64,000 bases of DNA from Torpedo marmorata (lineage: Eukaryota). Below, one piece after another: positions 49,151 to 61,211 of the stretch. The stretch spans positions 139,128,001 through 139,192,000 of the forward strand of contig OZ360223.1 in NCBI GenBank assembly GCA_977017645.1, written 5' to 3'. The notes below the pieces were generated by a model, which saw only the letters and a list, made by a program, of their open reading frames with translations, searched no databases and was not told the DNA's origin. How positions within the stretch are numbered: the stretch's first letter is position 1; each line of letters opens with the position of its first letter. The position numbers were made by a program, and so were the translations under genes.

Positions 49151-49539
49151 TTAAAAATTCGAAAGGATGTTCATATTACCTACTATCACAATCTTATTAT
49201 TCTTACAGCTCACTATGACATCATTGCACATTGGCTCCACTAGTTGCTGTTGTTTATTGGAGTGCTCTATGGTACTATCCCATCAAAGTGGTCACCCCCT
49301 TCTGATTTCTAAATTCCACCCACATAACTTCACTGGACAGTCCACTAAGTTTATCCTCCCTTGGTACTCTCTCACCACTGATTCAGAGAGATCACTCGAG
49401 TCAACTTCCGTTTCATCTGAAAATCCAAAATGTGTGAAGATTTGCAATGATGAGGCATTCTGACAAATGGGTTTGGCAGTCTTCTTACAGAACAATCCCA
49501 TAAGGATCCCACATTGAATCTCTTAGGAATTGGAAAGGT

Positions 49540-50750
49540 TCATGGTAAATTAAGCCTCACAAATTTACTCTGGGTTATCTTGAAGAGGCGATGTGTGGAA
49601 TTGATGAGGACAGGGCGATGCATGTTGTCTGCATGGATTTTGGAAATGCCTTTGACAGGGCCCCATATGGTTGGCTTGTCTGGATGGTGATGTAACATGG
49701 GATTCAGAGGGAATTAGCCAATTGTTTACAAAATTGACTTGGTGGTAGGGGTCAGGCAGTTGTTATGGAGTGTTGCTTTTCAGATTGGAGGCCTATAACC
49801 TGTGGTCTACTGCAGGATCTTTTTAATTCAACTCTTTATTTAATGTGCTGAAATAATTGTCATTTGTCATCTATGTTAATGATTTAGATGACAATGTTTT
49901 TATCTTGGTTTATATGTTTGTGGATGTCATTAACGTTGCTGTAGACAGTGAAGAAGGTTATTTTGTTAAAGCAGGATCTGGATCAACTATGAATTTGGGT
50001 CAAGGAATGTCATGTCAAACTTTGCTCTGACAAGTGTAAGTTGCTGCATTTTGGTAAGTTTAACCAGAACAAGACATACAGTAAATGGTAAGACCTTGGA
50101 GAATGTTGTAGAACAGAGAAACCCAGAGGTGAAGGTCCATAGTTCCCCAAATTAGTGACACAGATAGACAAGGTGGTGAAGAAGGCATGTTTGCTATTAT
50201 TTGTCAAGATATTGAATTCAAGAGCTTGGACATCATATTAGTACTGTACACATCATTGGTGAGACCACACAGAGCATTGTGTGCCATTCTGGTCTTCAAG
50301 ATATAGGGACAATGTTATAAAGCTGGAAAGAGTGCAGAAAAGTTCTACAAGGATATTGTCGGGACTGGCGGGTTTGAGATATATTGAGGAGTTAGATAAG
50401 CTGGTACGTTTTCTCTGGAACATTGGAGTCTGACAGCTAATAGAAGTATGTAAAATCATGAGGGGCACAGATAAGGTGAACGGTTCCAATCATTTCTCCA
50501 GGGTTGGGGAACCTAAAGCCAGATGGCGCAGGTTTAAGATAAGAGGGGAAAGATTTAAAAGGGATCTGAGGGTCATTTTTTCACTCGGATGGTTATATTG
50601 AAGGAGCTGGTAGTGGCAGGTACAATTACGACGTTTAAAAAGCATAGATAGGAAATGTTTCAAAAAATTTCAGCCAAATAAGAGAGAACAAGGCACAAGC
50701 TCTGGCAGACAACTTGGTGGGAATAATCAAGTTGGGCCGAAGGGCATGTG
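49540..50750 (+). mobile_element. Degenerate CR1 ORF2 (RT to 3' end)
   Basis: Reads MDFGNAFDR, FVIYVNDLD, DKCKLLHFGK, LVRPHTEHCVPFWS and KLERVQKSSTRILSGL. Confidence 0.85.
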
Positions 50751-50884
50751 GGCTCTGTGAACATTGTCACATACACACTGAAAGCCCCTCACACACAATT
50801 ACTTGCTTCTTGTCAGTCATGGAGAGAGATGTATAATTTTTCCAGTCACAAACACTTAAATATGTGCAAAATGACATCTTTTCG

Positions 50885-51030
50885 ATTCTGAAAATTGGCG
50901 GGAATTCTCACATCGGATAATTTGGCCCCAAGGTTCTATTCTCCAGTCAGATTCGGTTTGAACCCTGTTGTCAGGGCCCCAGCGGCCCAACCAGATTTGA
51001 GGCGGGAATCGCCAACGTATAAAAGGCAGC
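50885..51030 (+). promoter_or_regulatory. Putative histone-type promoter
   Basis: E2F-like TTGGCGGGAA at 50895-50904, GGCGGGAA at 51001 and TATAAAAGG at 51018-51026. Marks the start of a CpG-rich stretch. Confidence 0.6.
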
Positions 51031-51045
51031 CTGTCGGGTCGTGCG

Positions 51046-51825
51046 GTGCCAGTCTTCGCGACGATCGGAAGTGGAAAGGAGGTCGCAGGAGAGAAGGAGG
51101 TCGCAGGAGAGAAGGAGGTCGCAGGAGAGAAGGAGGTCGCAGGAGAGAAGGAGGTCGCAGGAGAGAAGGAGGTCGCAGGAGGGAAGGAGGTCGGGACGAT
51201 CGGAGGAGGAGGGAAAGCGGTCGGTGGAGGGTAGACGGTCGGTGGAGGGAAGGCGGTCGGGACGGTCGGTGGAGGGTAGGCGGTCGGTGGAGGGTAGGCG
51301 GTCGGTGGAGGGAAGGCGGTCGGGACGGTCGGTGGAGGGAAGGCGGTCGCGATCAGTGACCGGCGACTGAAGCGTCGTGCAAGTGCGGTCGAGGCGGGGA
51401 CAGGTTGTGGGGAACGGGCCACACCGGGGTCACGGACAATCCCACACCACGTCCCACCTGATGAACAGCTTCTGCCCTGTGGTCAAGCGGAACTTGCAAT
51501 GTTTCCGGGAACATATCCTTCTATCGTTTCAAACTCAAATTTATCTATTATCACCACAGATATCCCCGAGCTACGTCCCCGCAAACTGCCCTTCCCGCGC
51601 CTGGTCGGGGAGATCGCCGAGGACGTCCGGACAGACCCGCCCGCCCAGAGCTCGGCCGTCGTGGAGCTGCCGGCACCCAGACTTTCCTGGTGAGGCTCTG
51701 ACCTGTGCGCCGCCTTCGCTGCGCCGGTCATCGTGCCCCCAGGCATCCAGCTGTTCCGCCACATCCACGGGGAAACGCTGGACACCCGACCTCACCGCAG
51801 GACAACAGGTTCTTTATGGTCTTTT
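51046..51825 (+). pseudogene. H3-like gene copy with repeat-expanded N-terminal region, frameshifted in helix 2
   Basis: One frame runs TIGSGK(EVAGEK)n..TVGGGKAV (with TAG stops) into ELRPRKLPFPRLVGEIAEDVRTDPPAQSSAVVEL. After a frameshift it reads DLCAAFAAPVIVPPGIQLFRHIHGE. Confidence 0.82.
51075..51348 (+). repeat. 18-bp tandem repeats (AAGGAGGTCGCAGGAGAG x6, then GGTCGGTGGAGGG(A/T)AGGC variants)
   Basis: Directly visible. Confidence 0.92.
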
Positions 51826-51929
51826 CATTCTCAACTTTGAGATGTGATCGAGTGTGGACGAGGTGGTCGAATCGCGGTGTCTTCCAACAGAGATTTCGTC
51901 CTGAGGGCAAAGAGAAAGTGGTGTTACTT

Positions 51930-52106
51930 TATTTACAACATGAGAGAAGCAGATTGCGGCCATTTAAACCCGTGCCGCTGCTCACCCCTCACCCCGGTCG
52001 TTTTGGAGGGAGGGAGGAAACCGCAGCACACGGGTAAGCTCACGGGGAGAACGTACAAACTCCTTCCAGACGGCGCCGGGTTCGAACCGCGTCGCTGGCG
52101 CTGTAA
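51930..52106 (-). mobile_element. V-SINE / HE1-like SINE fragment
   Basis: GGGAGGAAACCG..CACGGGGAGAACGTACAAACTCCTT..GGGTTCGAACC is the reverse complement of the 23405 element and includes a B-box. Confidence 0.7.
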
Positions 52107-55100
52107 TTTACTTGTGAATATGTTGTGATAAAATATCTCGTGGTGTTTGATGCTGTCAGATAGAGGTCAGCTTGTAGTATGACAGTATGAAAACGTTTAC
52201 AGTGTTCTCCAGTTTGAGGAAATGTACCTTGACGGTTGTGGGAAATGGCCCAGCCTTCTCGTTTTGTAATTGGGAGCCCTGTTGCGAGATTTATCGGACA
52301 AGAATTCACCTGTTCTGCATTCGGGTGGTGAAACCGTGTGAGAAGACTTGTGTTTTGATGTCGTCGAGGCTGAGGCTGCCTTGTGAATATTCTTGTCCAG
52401 TTATCTGTGCGTCTGTCAGGTCGCGATGTACAGGTCCAATCTGATAATTTTGGTTGTCCATGTGCACAAAATAAAACAGTTCAAAATGCAGAGTTACGGA
52501 GAAAGGATCAGCGAGAACGGAACAAGGGCAACATCGTTTTAGTGCGAGGTTCCTATGCGAGTGTGATATCAGTAACTGTTGGGAATCTTGTGCGATTTCA
52601 TATTTGAATATCTTTTTCCTGACGAGTTCGCGTTTACATTTATTCTGACGTTAATCGGAGTACTATGATACATTTTTTTGTGTTGAAGGTAAACTTTTTT
52701 TTTTGTGTTGTTAGTAAACCCATTCAAAACAGAACAAACAAAAGTACAGAGTGATGTGTTATATGGAGAGATTAATTAGAATGGGGCAAGGGTGAAGGAC
52801 AACATGATATTATTGTTGTGATGTTCATCCGGGAGTATTAAAGCAGTGATATTCAAACCAGCGATTAAGTGATGGCGCATGAGTTCCCAATTATTTTTCT
52901 GATTCCCTCTTCCATCGGGAATGTCGAGGTGGCGTGGATTATTTAAGGCGCTGGCTGCTTTTCAAAGGCAGAGGGATGTGTAGATGGAGTTGATGGAGGG
53001 GAAGGTTTGTGTGATAGTCAGAGCTGCTTTTAAAACGGAGCGATGCAATGAGGATCCTGATATGATTTTTTCGGTGGTGCATCTGTCAAAGTTGTTGAGA
53101 GACACGGGGGCACGCTGACTTTTCTCAAGCATCTTTCTTGGCAGTCACAGCGACCAATCGGGGATTATTGGAGCAAGACAAATTGGTCAGAGCTGTGGGG
53201 CTTACTTGCTATCTGTAAGGAGCTGCCATTTCTATGCAGAGTTAGGAAACTAGTGCAGAGTGCTAAAAGCAGGGGCAATGTTGTGTTACTGCTGTGAGGT
53301 TGTGCACTTGGAACTGTTTGGAATCTGGTAATTTGAGGATGAGAGGTTATTGACGTACTGTATACATTGAACAGATGCAATGAACTTGCTGAAGCCACAC
53401 AGGTATATAAATGTACCAAATTCGATACCAACATTTAATTATCACAAAATACTATGAGACAGGAAAATAGATAATAAATATAAAAGGATAGCTAAATATT
53501 CATTGAAGATTGTGCAAAATGATAATGATATTTCAATGGTGCAGACAAATCTTTTGGTCTGGCGCAGTTTATACTTTTTGTCATAAAGTGAGGTTCAAGG
53601 TCCTGATAGCTGTTAGAGAAAAATAAACTGTTCTAGAACTTAGAGGTTGGATTTCAGGTTTCTGTATGTTCTGCCTGAAGGTGAGCAGATTGTGACCCAG
53701 AAGATTTCATGATCATGAATCTTTCTGACAGAAGGAGGGAGAAAAGAATGTGTCTGGGGCTGGAAGAGGCATTTCATATGTTGTCTGTTTTCCTGAGGCA
53801 GCGGGATATGCAGATGGTGTCAATGGAGGGGAGCAAGTTCAGTAAAGTGGTTGGAGCTGTGTTCACCACTTTCAGAAGTTTATCGTGGTCTGGAGTGGAG
53901 ACGTTCACCGACACACACTGAAGCAATCTAACAAGATTCTTTCAATGGTGAATCTGTAAAAGTTATTGAGGTACATTCAGAATCAGAATTTATTGTCATG
54001 AGCAAGTCATGAAATTCGGTGTTTTGCGGCAGCATCATAGTGCAACATTCATATTATAACCATCTTACGACATTTTCATGCACTATTATTTTTTTTATAT
54101 AGTAATAACCATAACAATTACAGCACAGAAACAGGCCAGTTTGGCCCTTCTAGTCCATGCCGAACAGGTGGGAAAAGGGTCCAAGAAATCGAAGGAGGCA
54201 AGTGGCTCAGGACAAAGCTGTGACCATCGATGGATTCAAGATGCGCAAGACTCAAGGTAACAAGAAACCAACCAGCAACTTTCACAAATATAAGGGAAGC
54301 CAGGAACCAGATGGCTCATGACCATGCCAGGACCATTCAGGGAGAGATGAATGCCAAAACAGACCATGGATCATCGTTGGAGAGTGATAACCAGCATCAT
54401 TGGAAGAGGAAAGGGGGGCATGACCGAGCTGGGAGGATCATCGCCCACAAAGCAGCTCCAGTTCCTGTTCACATTAATTGTTGTATTTATTGAGTTAGAG
54501 TAAAAATATTTATTCTGTGTGCTATACAGCAAGTCAACACGTGCATGAGTAAAACCAATAAAACAGAGTAGAAAGTGCGCAAATGGAGGGAGAGATCATT
54601 TAGACCAGAGCACGGGCAACGTGATTTTATCATTGTAATGGTCGGTCATGTGTGTAATATTTTGAAATAGTGACTGTTTTGAATCTGATGGTGTGTGACA
54701 TCAAATTGATTCTTACTGACGGAAGAGGGGAGCAGGGGAAGTCGCTGGGGTGGAATGAATCATTCTGCATTCGATGCCTTCTACAGTTCCTTGTCGTCCA
54801 AAGCAGAGCAGTTCTCATGACACGCAATGATGCATCTTCAAAGGATTTTTGATTGGTGCATCTTTAAAGGTTGTTGAGGGTGCAGTCTTCATGCTGAACT
54901 TACTCAGGCATTGAAGGAAGTAGAGAAGTTGTGGCACTTTCTTGGTGTTTTGTCAACTAATCCAAGACCATCAGAGGAGGGAATGTGTCCAGAAATTCAC
55001 CAAGGAGCTTCGGAGGAGGGAATGTATGTGGTCAGAACAAATCAGGAGCTTCGGAGGAAATAACATGGCCAGGATATGGCAGGCGAGCTAGGTCAACATG

Positions 55101-56336
55101 ATTTACTCTTGTGATGTTTGCTCATGAGAGTGGCTGCAGTGATGTAGTCACTTTTGAATCTCGAGCTGTGTAATTTCTGAAAGATGTATATTATTCCCGA
55201 CTGTAGGAGGGTGATGAGAGAGTGACTGGGATGGGATGAATCATTTGAAACTTTGATAATATTGTCGAGGCAGCGCGATGTGTAAATGGAGTTGGAGTGG
55301 AAGGAGCTTTGTGTGATGGTTGAAGCTGCATTCACTACTTTATACAATATCGCATTCTATGACTGAGCAGAATCCATGCCGCACTGTGATACATTCTCAC
55401 AGGATTCTATTGATGGTACTTCTGTAAAGGTTGTGGAGGGAGCAGCGTTTCATTTCAGCATTTGAGGACTGAGCGGAAGTTCTTACACTTTCGACGACGT
55501 CGCATAAATATTGTTTCCACGTTGGATAAGGCAATGTGGACAGAACCTATCAGACGTATCAATGAGTCCAGGACAAATGTGGAGAATCGGAGGAAGCAAT
55601 GTGCCAGGACAAATTGGGGACAAGGTGAGGAGGAAGGATGGCTCAAATTCAATTTAATTGTCACAAAGACTGAGGTAGAGTAAAAGTATCTAATTTGCAA
55701 GTGATGTGCTTGATTTCACAATTGTGAATCTTCATTTCAAAGGAAGGAGGGAGAAAAGAATGCGGTCAGGGTGGGATGAGTTCTTTGAGAGGTTGGCTGT
55801 TATTTCAAGGCTGTGGGATGTGTGAATGGTGGGGAAGCAATTTGGTGTGGTCACTTAATATCTTGTCTGTTTTACTGAGGCACCAGGGTGTGTAGGCACA
55901 GTCGATGGCAGGGAAGGAGGCTTGTGTGAAGGTCTGAGCTGCGTTTAAAGCTTTCTGCAGCATTTTGTAATCCAAGGAGGAGGAGGGACTGTGGTACTGA
56001 CTGTGCATCCTGACGGGATTCTTTCCATGGTACATTTGTTGAATTTGTTCTGTGCACAGCGTTCATGCAAACTTTTCTCAGGCGTGTGCGGAAGTAGAGG
56101 AATTGGAGTGCTTTCCTGATCAACGCATCAAGCATACCAGGACCATCAGAGGAGGAAATTGGGCCGGCAATAATCAGGAAACATTGGAGTAGGCAACGTG
56201 GCTGGGACCAAGTCCAACACATTGAAGGAAGCAAGGGGCCCAGGACTGAGCAGGATTGTTCGATGGAGCCAAGGCAGGACAGGACCGAGCCAGGACCGTT
56301 GATGTCGGTAAGGGGCCCAGTACCTAGCCAGACCAT

Positions 56337-56848
56337 GGACAGAGGCAAGGCGCGATAGGACTGAGCTGGGTCCATCGACAGGGGCAAGGTGGGACAGGAC
56401 CCAGCTGGGTCCATCGACAGGGGCAAGGTGGGACAGGACCCAGCTGGGTCCATCGACAGGGGCAAGGTGGGACAGGATCCAGCTGGGTCCATCGACAGGG
56501 GCAATGTGGGACAGGACTGAGCTTGGTCCATCGACAGGGGCAAGGTGGGACAGGACCCAGCTGGGTCCATCGACAGAGGCAAGGTGGGACAGGACTGAGC
56601 TTGGTCCATCGACAGGGGCAAGGTGGGACAGGACCCAGCTGGGTCCATTGACAGGGGCAAGGTGGGACAGGATCCAGCTGGGTCCATCGACAGGGGCAGG
56701 GTGGGACAGGATCCAGCTGGGTCCATCGACAGGGGCAAGGTGGGACAGGACCCAGCTGGGTCCATCGACAGGGGCAGGGTGGGACAGGATCCAGCTGGGT
56801 CCATCGACAGGGGCAAGGTGGGACAGGACCCAGCTGGGTCCATCGACA
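56337..56848 (+). repeat. 39-bp VNTR, ~13 units (GGGGCAAGGTGGGACAGGACCCAGCTGGGTCCATCGACA)
   Basis: Directly visible; homogeneous units. Confidence 0.95.
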
Positions 56849-59800
56849 AATTGGGGACAAGCTGAGAAGGAAAGATGGCTCAAATACAATTTAATTGTCC
56901 CAAATAATGAGGTACAGAGAAAGTGTTAATTTTCACAATTGTGAATCATCATCCCAAAGGAAGGAGGGAGAAAAGAATATGGTCAGGGTGGGATGCATTC
57001 TTCTGTAAGTTGGCTGATATTTCGAGGATGTGGATGGTGGGGAAGCAGTTTCAAATGGTGATAGAAGATTCATTCACCACTTTCTGTTGCAGTCTTGGAC
57101 AAAAAAATTCCCATACCACACAGTAATGCATCTGTAAACGTTTAGGGTCATGCCTAATTTGTGCCAGCATTTGAGGAATTAGACTTGTTAGTGTGCAACC
57201 TTGACTGGAGCATCAACCAAACTATAGGACCATTTTAGAGGCCAATGTAACAAGGGCCAATCCTGGACCATTGAGGAAGGAAAGTTTATCAGGTGAAATG
57301 CCAGAAAATTGGAGGAGGCAATCTATCCAGGGTCAATCAGAAACATCGGAGGAGGTGAAGAGGCCAGGACTAACCCAGACAATCGGAGGAAGCAAATCTG
57401 GAACCATCACGGGAGGCAAGCTTTCCTGTACTGAGCCATGAAAATCGAAGGAGGGAAAGGAGCTATAGTTCAATTTTACATTGGTTAAATTCTTCGAAGT
57501 TCTGTCAAATTTATAGGTTTGCATGCTCTCCACCATGACAATCCATACTTACAGGCAAGAAATAAAACAGTGCAGAGTTACTGAGAGGAATCGGTGGAAC
57601 GAAGCAAGGGCATCATGATTTCACAGTCGTGATATTTGTTGGTTCACAAATATAAAAGCACTGATATAGTCACTATTTGAATCTGATGGTACGTGATTTC
57701 ATATCATGATTTTACTTCCAGTTGGAAGGAGGGAGAATAGGGAGTGGTCAGTGCAGGATGAGTCACTTAAATATGTTGGCTTCTTTACTGAGGCACCAGG
57801 ATTTGTTGATGGCAGGGAAGGAGCTGCGATCAAAGCTTTCTGCAGCATCTTTTGATCCAAGGTGGAGCAGGGAGTACGTCCCTTACTTGTGCATCATGAC
57901 AGGATTCTTGCAATGGTGCATTTGTAGAATTTGTTCAGGGCACTGCATTCACGTGAATTTTTCGCAGGCGCCTGAGGAAGTAGAGAAATTGCTGCATTTT
58001 CTTGGTCATCGCATCCAGCACTCCAGGACCATCAGAGGAGGAAACTGAGCCGGCAGTAATCAGGAAACATTGGAGTAGGCAACGTGGCCAGGACCAAGTC
58101 AAAGAAATCGAAGAAGGCAAGTGGCCCAGGACAAAGCTGGGGCCATCGATGGATTCAAGATGCGCAAGACCCAGCCGGGATCAAGGTAACAAGAAACTAA
58201 CCAGCAACTTTCACAGACATAAGGGGAGCCAGGAAGCAGATGGGAGGATCGGAGAAGAAAATGGTCCATGCCAGGACCATTCAGGGAGAGAAGAATGCCA
58301 AGGCAGACCTTGGATCATCGTTGGAGAATGATAACCAGCATTATGGAAGAGTAAAGGGGGGCATGACCGAGCTGGGAGAATCATCGCCAACAAAGCAGCT
58401 CCAGTTCCTGTTCACATTAATTGTTGTATTTATTGAGTTAGAGTAAAAATGTTTATTCTGTGTGCTATACAGCAAGTCAACTCGTGCATGAGTACAACCA
58501 ATAAAACAGAGTAGTGTGTGCACAAATGGAGAGAGAGAATATTTAGACAGGAGCACGGGTAACGTGATTTTATCATTGTAATGGTCGGTCATGTGTGTAA
58601 TATTTTGAAATAGTGACTGTTTTGAATCTGATGGTGTGTGCCATCAAATTGATTCTTACTGACAGAAGAGGAAAGCAGGGGGAGTCACTGGGGTGGGATG
58701 AATCATTCAACACATTGGCAGTTTTCCGGGATGTTTACATGGAGTCGATGGAGGGGAAGGAACTTTGTGTGATGGTCCAATCTGCATTCAATGCCTTCTA
58801 CAGTTCCTTGTCGACCAAAGCAGAGCAGTTCTCATGACACGCAATGATGCATCTTCAAAGGATTTTTAATTGGTGCATCTGTAAAGGTTGTTGAGGGTGC
58901 AGACTTCATGCTGAACTTACTCAGGCATTAAAGGAAGTAGAGGAGTTGTGGCACTTAATGTTTTGTCAACTGATCCAAGACCATCAGAGGAGTGAATGTG
59001 TCCAGAAATACACCAAGGAGCTTCGGAGGAGGGAATGTATGTGGTCAGAACAAATCAGGAGCTTTGGAGGAAGTAACATGGCCAGGATATGGCAGGCGAG
59101 CAAGGTCAACATGATTTACTCTTGTGATGTTTGCTCATGAGAGTGACAGCAGTGATGTAGTCACTTTTGAATATCGAGGTGTGTAATTTCTGAAACGTGT
59201 ATATTATTCCTAACTGAAGGAGGGTGACGAGAGAGTGACTGGGATGAATCATTTGAAACTTTGATAATTTTGCCGAGGCAGCGCGATGTGTAAATGGAGT
59301 TGATGGAGTGGAAGGAGCTTTGTGTGATGGTTGAAGCTGTATTCACTACTTTCTACAGTATAGCATTCTATGACTGAGCAGAATCCATGCCGCACTGTGA
59401 TACATTCTCACAGGATTCTATTGATGGTACTTCTGTAAAGGTTGTGGAAGGAGCAGCGTTTCATTTGAGGACTGAGCGGAAGTTCATACACTTTCGACGC
59501 TGTCGCTTCAATATTGTTTCCACGTTGGATAAGGCAATGTGGCCAGGACTTTTCAGAGGTGTCAGTGAGTCCAGGACAAATGTGGAGAATCGGAGGAAGC
59601 AATGTGCCAGGACAAATTGGGGACAAGATGAGGAGGAAGGATGGCTCAAATTCAATTTAATTGTCAAGAATACTGAGGTAGAGTGAAAGTGTCTAATTTC
59701 CAAGTGATCAGCTTGATTTCACAATTGTGAAACTTCATTTCAAAGGAAGGAGGGAGAAAAGAATGCGGTCAGGGTGGGATGAGTTCTTTGAGAGGTTGGC

Positions 59801-61014
59801 TGTTATTTCAAGGCTGTGGGATGTGTGAATGATGGGGAAGCAATTTGGTGTGGTCGTAGAATATGCATTCACCACTTTCTGTAGTTCGTTCCAGTCTTGG
59901 TCAGAACATTTCCCATACCACACAGTTATGCAACTGTAAAGGTTGTTGAGAGTAATGCCTAATTTGTGCCAGCATCTGAGGAAGTAGACTTTTTTCTGTG
60001 TATTCTTGACTTTAACGTCAACCAAACTTCGACCATTCGACGAGGCGATATAACGACAACGAATCCCGGGCCTTCGGTGAAGGAAACTTGGTAAGGTCTA
60101 ATTCCCGAACATTGAAGGAGGCCAGGACAAACCCTGACGATGGGAGGATGCAAAGCTGCGACCATCGATGGAAGCATGCTTGCCTGGACTAAGCTATGAA
60201 TATCAAAGTAGGGAGAGGAGCTCAAGTTCAATTTTGGATTTATCATGTTTTTCGAGGTACAGTCAAAATTTTTTAATTTTATTCTATTCAGCAAGACAAT
60301 CCATGCACACATACAGCGAATTCAATACAGTATTGAGAGCAGTTACCGACAGCAATCAATGAGAATGGAGCAAGAGCATCATGATTTCACAGTTGTGATG
60401 TTGGTTTGTTCTCAAGTTTAACACCACCGATATAGTAATTGTTTTGAATCTGATGATGCGTGACTTAAAATTGTGATTTTTCTTTTGATGGAAGGATGGA
60501 GTATAGGGAGTGGTCAGGGTGGGATGAGTCACTTAATATCTTGTCTGTTTTACTGAGGCACCAGGGTGTGTAGGCACAGTCGATGGCAGGGAAGGAGGCT
60601 TGTGTGAAGGTCTGAGTTGCATTTAAAGCTTTCTGCAGCATTTTATAATCCAAGGTGGAGGAGGGACTGTGCTACTGACTGTGCATCCTGACGGGATTCT
60701 TTCCATGGTGCGTTTGTAGAATTTGTTCAGTGCACAGCGTTCATGCAAAGCTTTCTCAGGCGTGTGCGGAAGTAGAGGAATTGGAGTGCTTTCCTGATCA
60801 ATGCATCAAGCATAGCAGGACCATCAGAGGTGGAAATCGGGCCAGCAGTAATCAGGAAACATTGGAGTAGGCAACGTGGCTGGGACAGAGTCCAACACAT
60901 CGAAGGAAGCAAGGGGCCCAGGACTGAGCAGGATCCTTTGATGGAGCCAAGGCAGGACAGGACCGAGCCAGGACCATTGATGTCGGTAAGAGGCCCAGTA
61001 CCGAGCCAGACTAT

Positions 61015-61211
61015 GGACAGAGGCAAGGCGAAACAGGACCGAGCTGGGTCCATCGACAGGGGCAAGGTGGGACAGGACCCAGCTGGGTCCATCGACAGGG
61101 GCAAGGTGGGACAGGACTCAGCTGGGTCCATCGACAGGGGCAAGGTGGGACAGGACCGAGCTGGGTCTATCGACGGGCAAGGTGGGACAGGACCCAGCTG
61201 GGTCCATCGAC
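61015..61211 (+). repeat. 39-bp VNTR, ~5 units
   Basis: Same unit at the paralogous position in the next macro-unit. Confidence 0.92.

Noticed and set aside
50856-51422. Proline-rich extensin-like ORF on the minus strand
   Set aside because: It is the antisense reading of the 18-bp G-rich repeats.
51499-51693. Intact histone H3 or CENP-A gene
   Set aside because: The 64-aa ORF covers only part of the fold, frameshifts in helix 2 and shows no longer loop 1 typical of CENP-A.
52700-54180. Possible unique or exonic sequence
   Set aside because: Appears to be old Rex1/SINE debris; no coherent ORF or splice pattern seen.
55872-56929. 325-aa and 247-aa repetitive ORFs
   Set aside because: They come from a 39-bp VNTR that is open in several frames, flanked by TE remnants.
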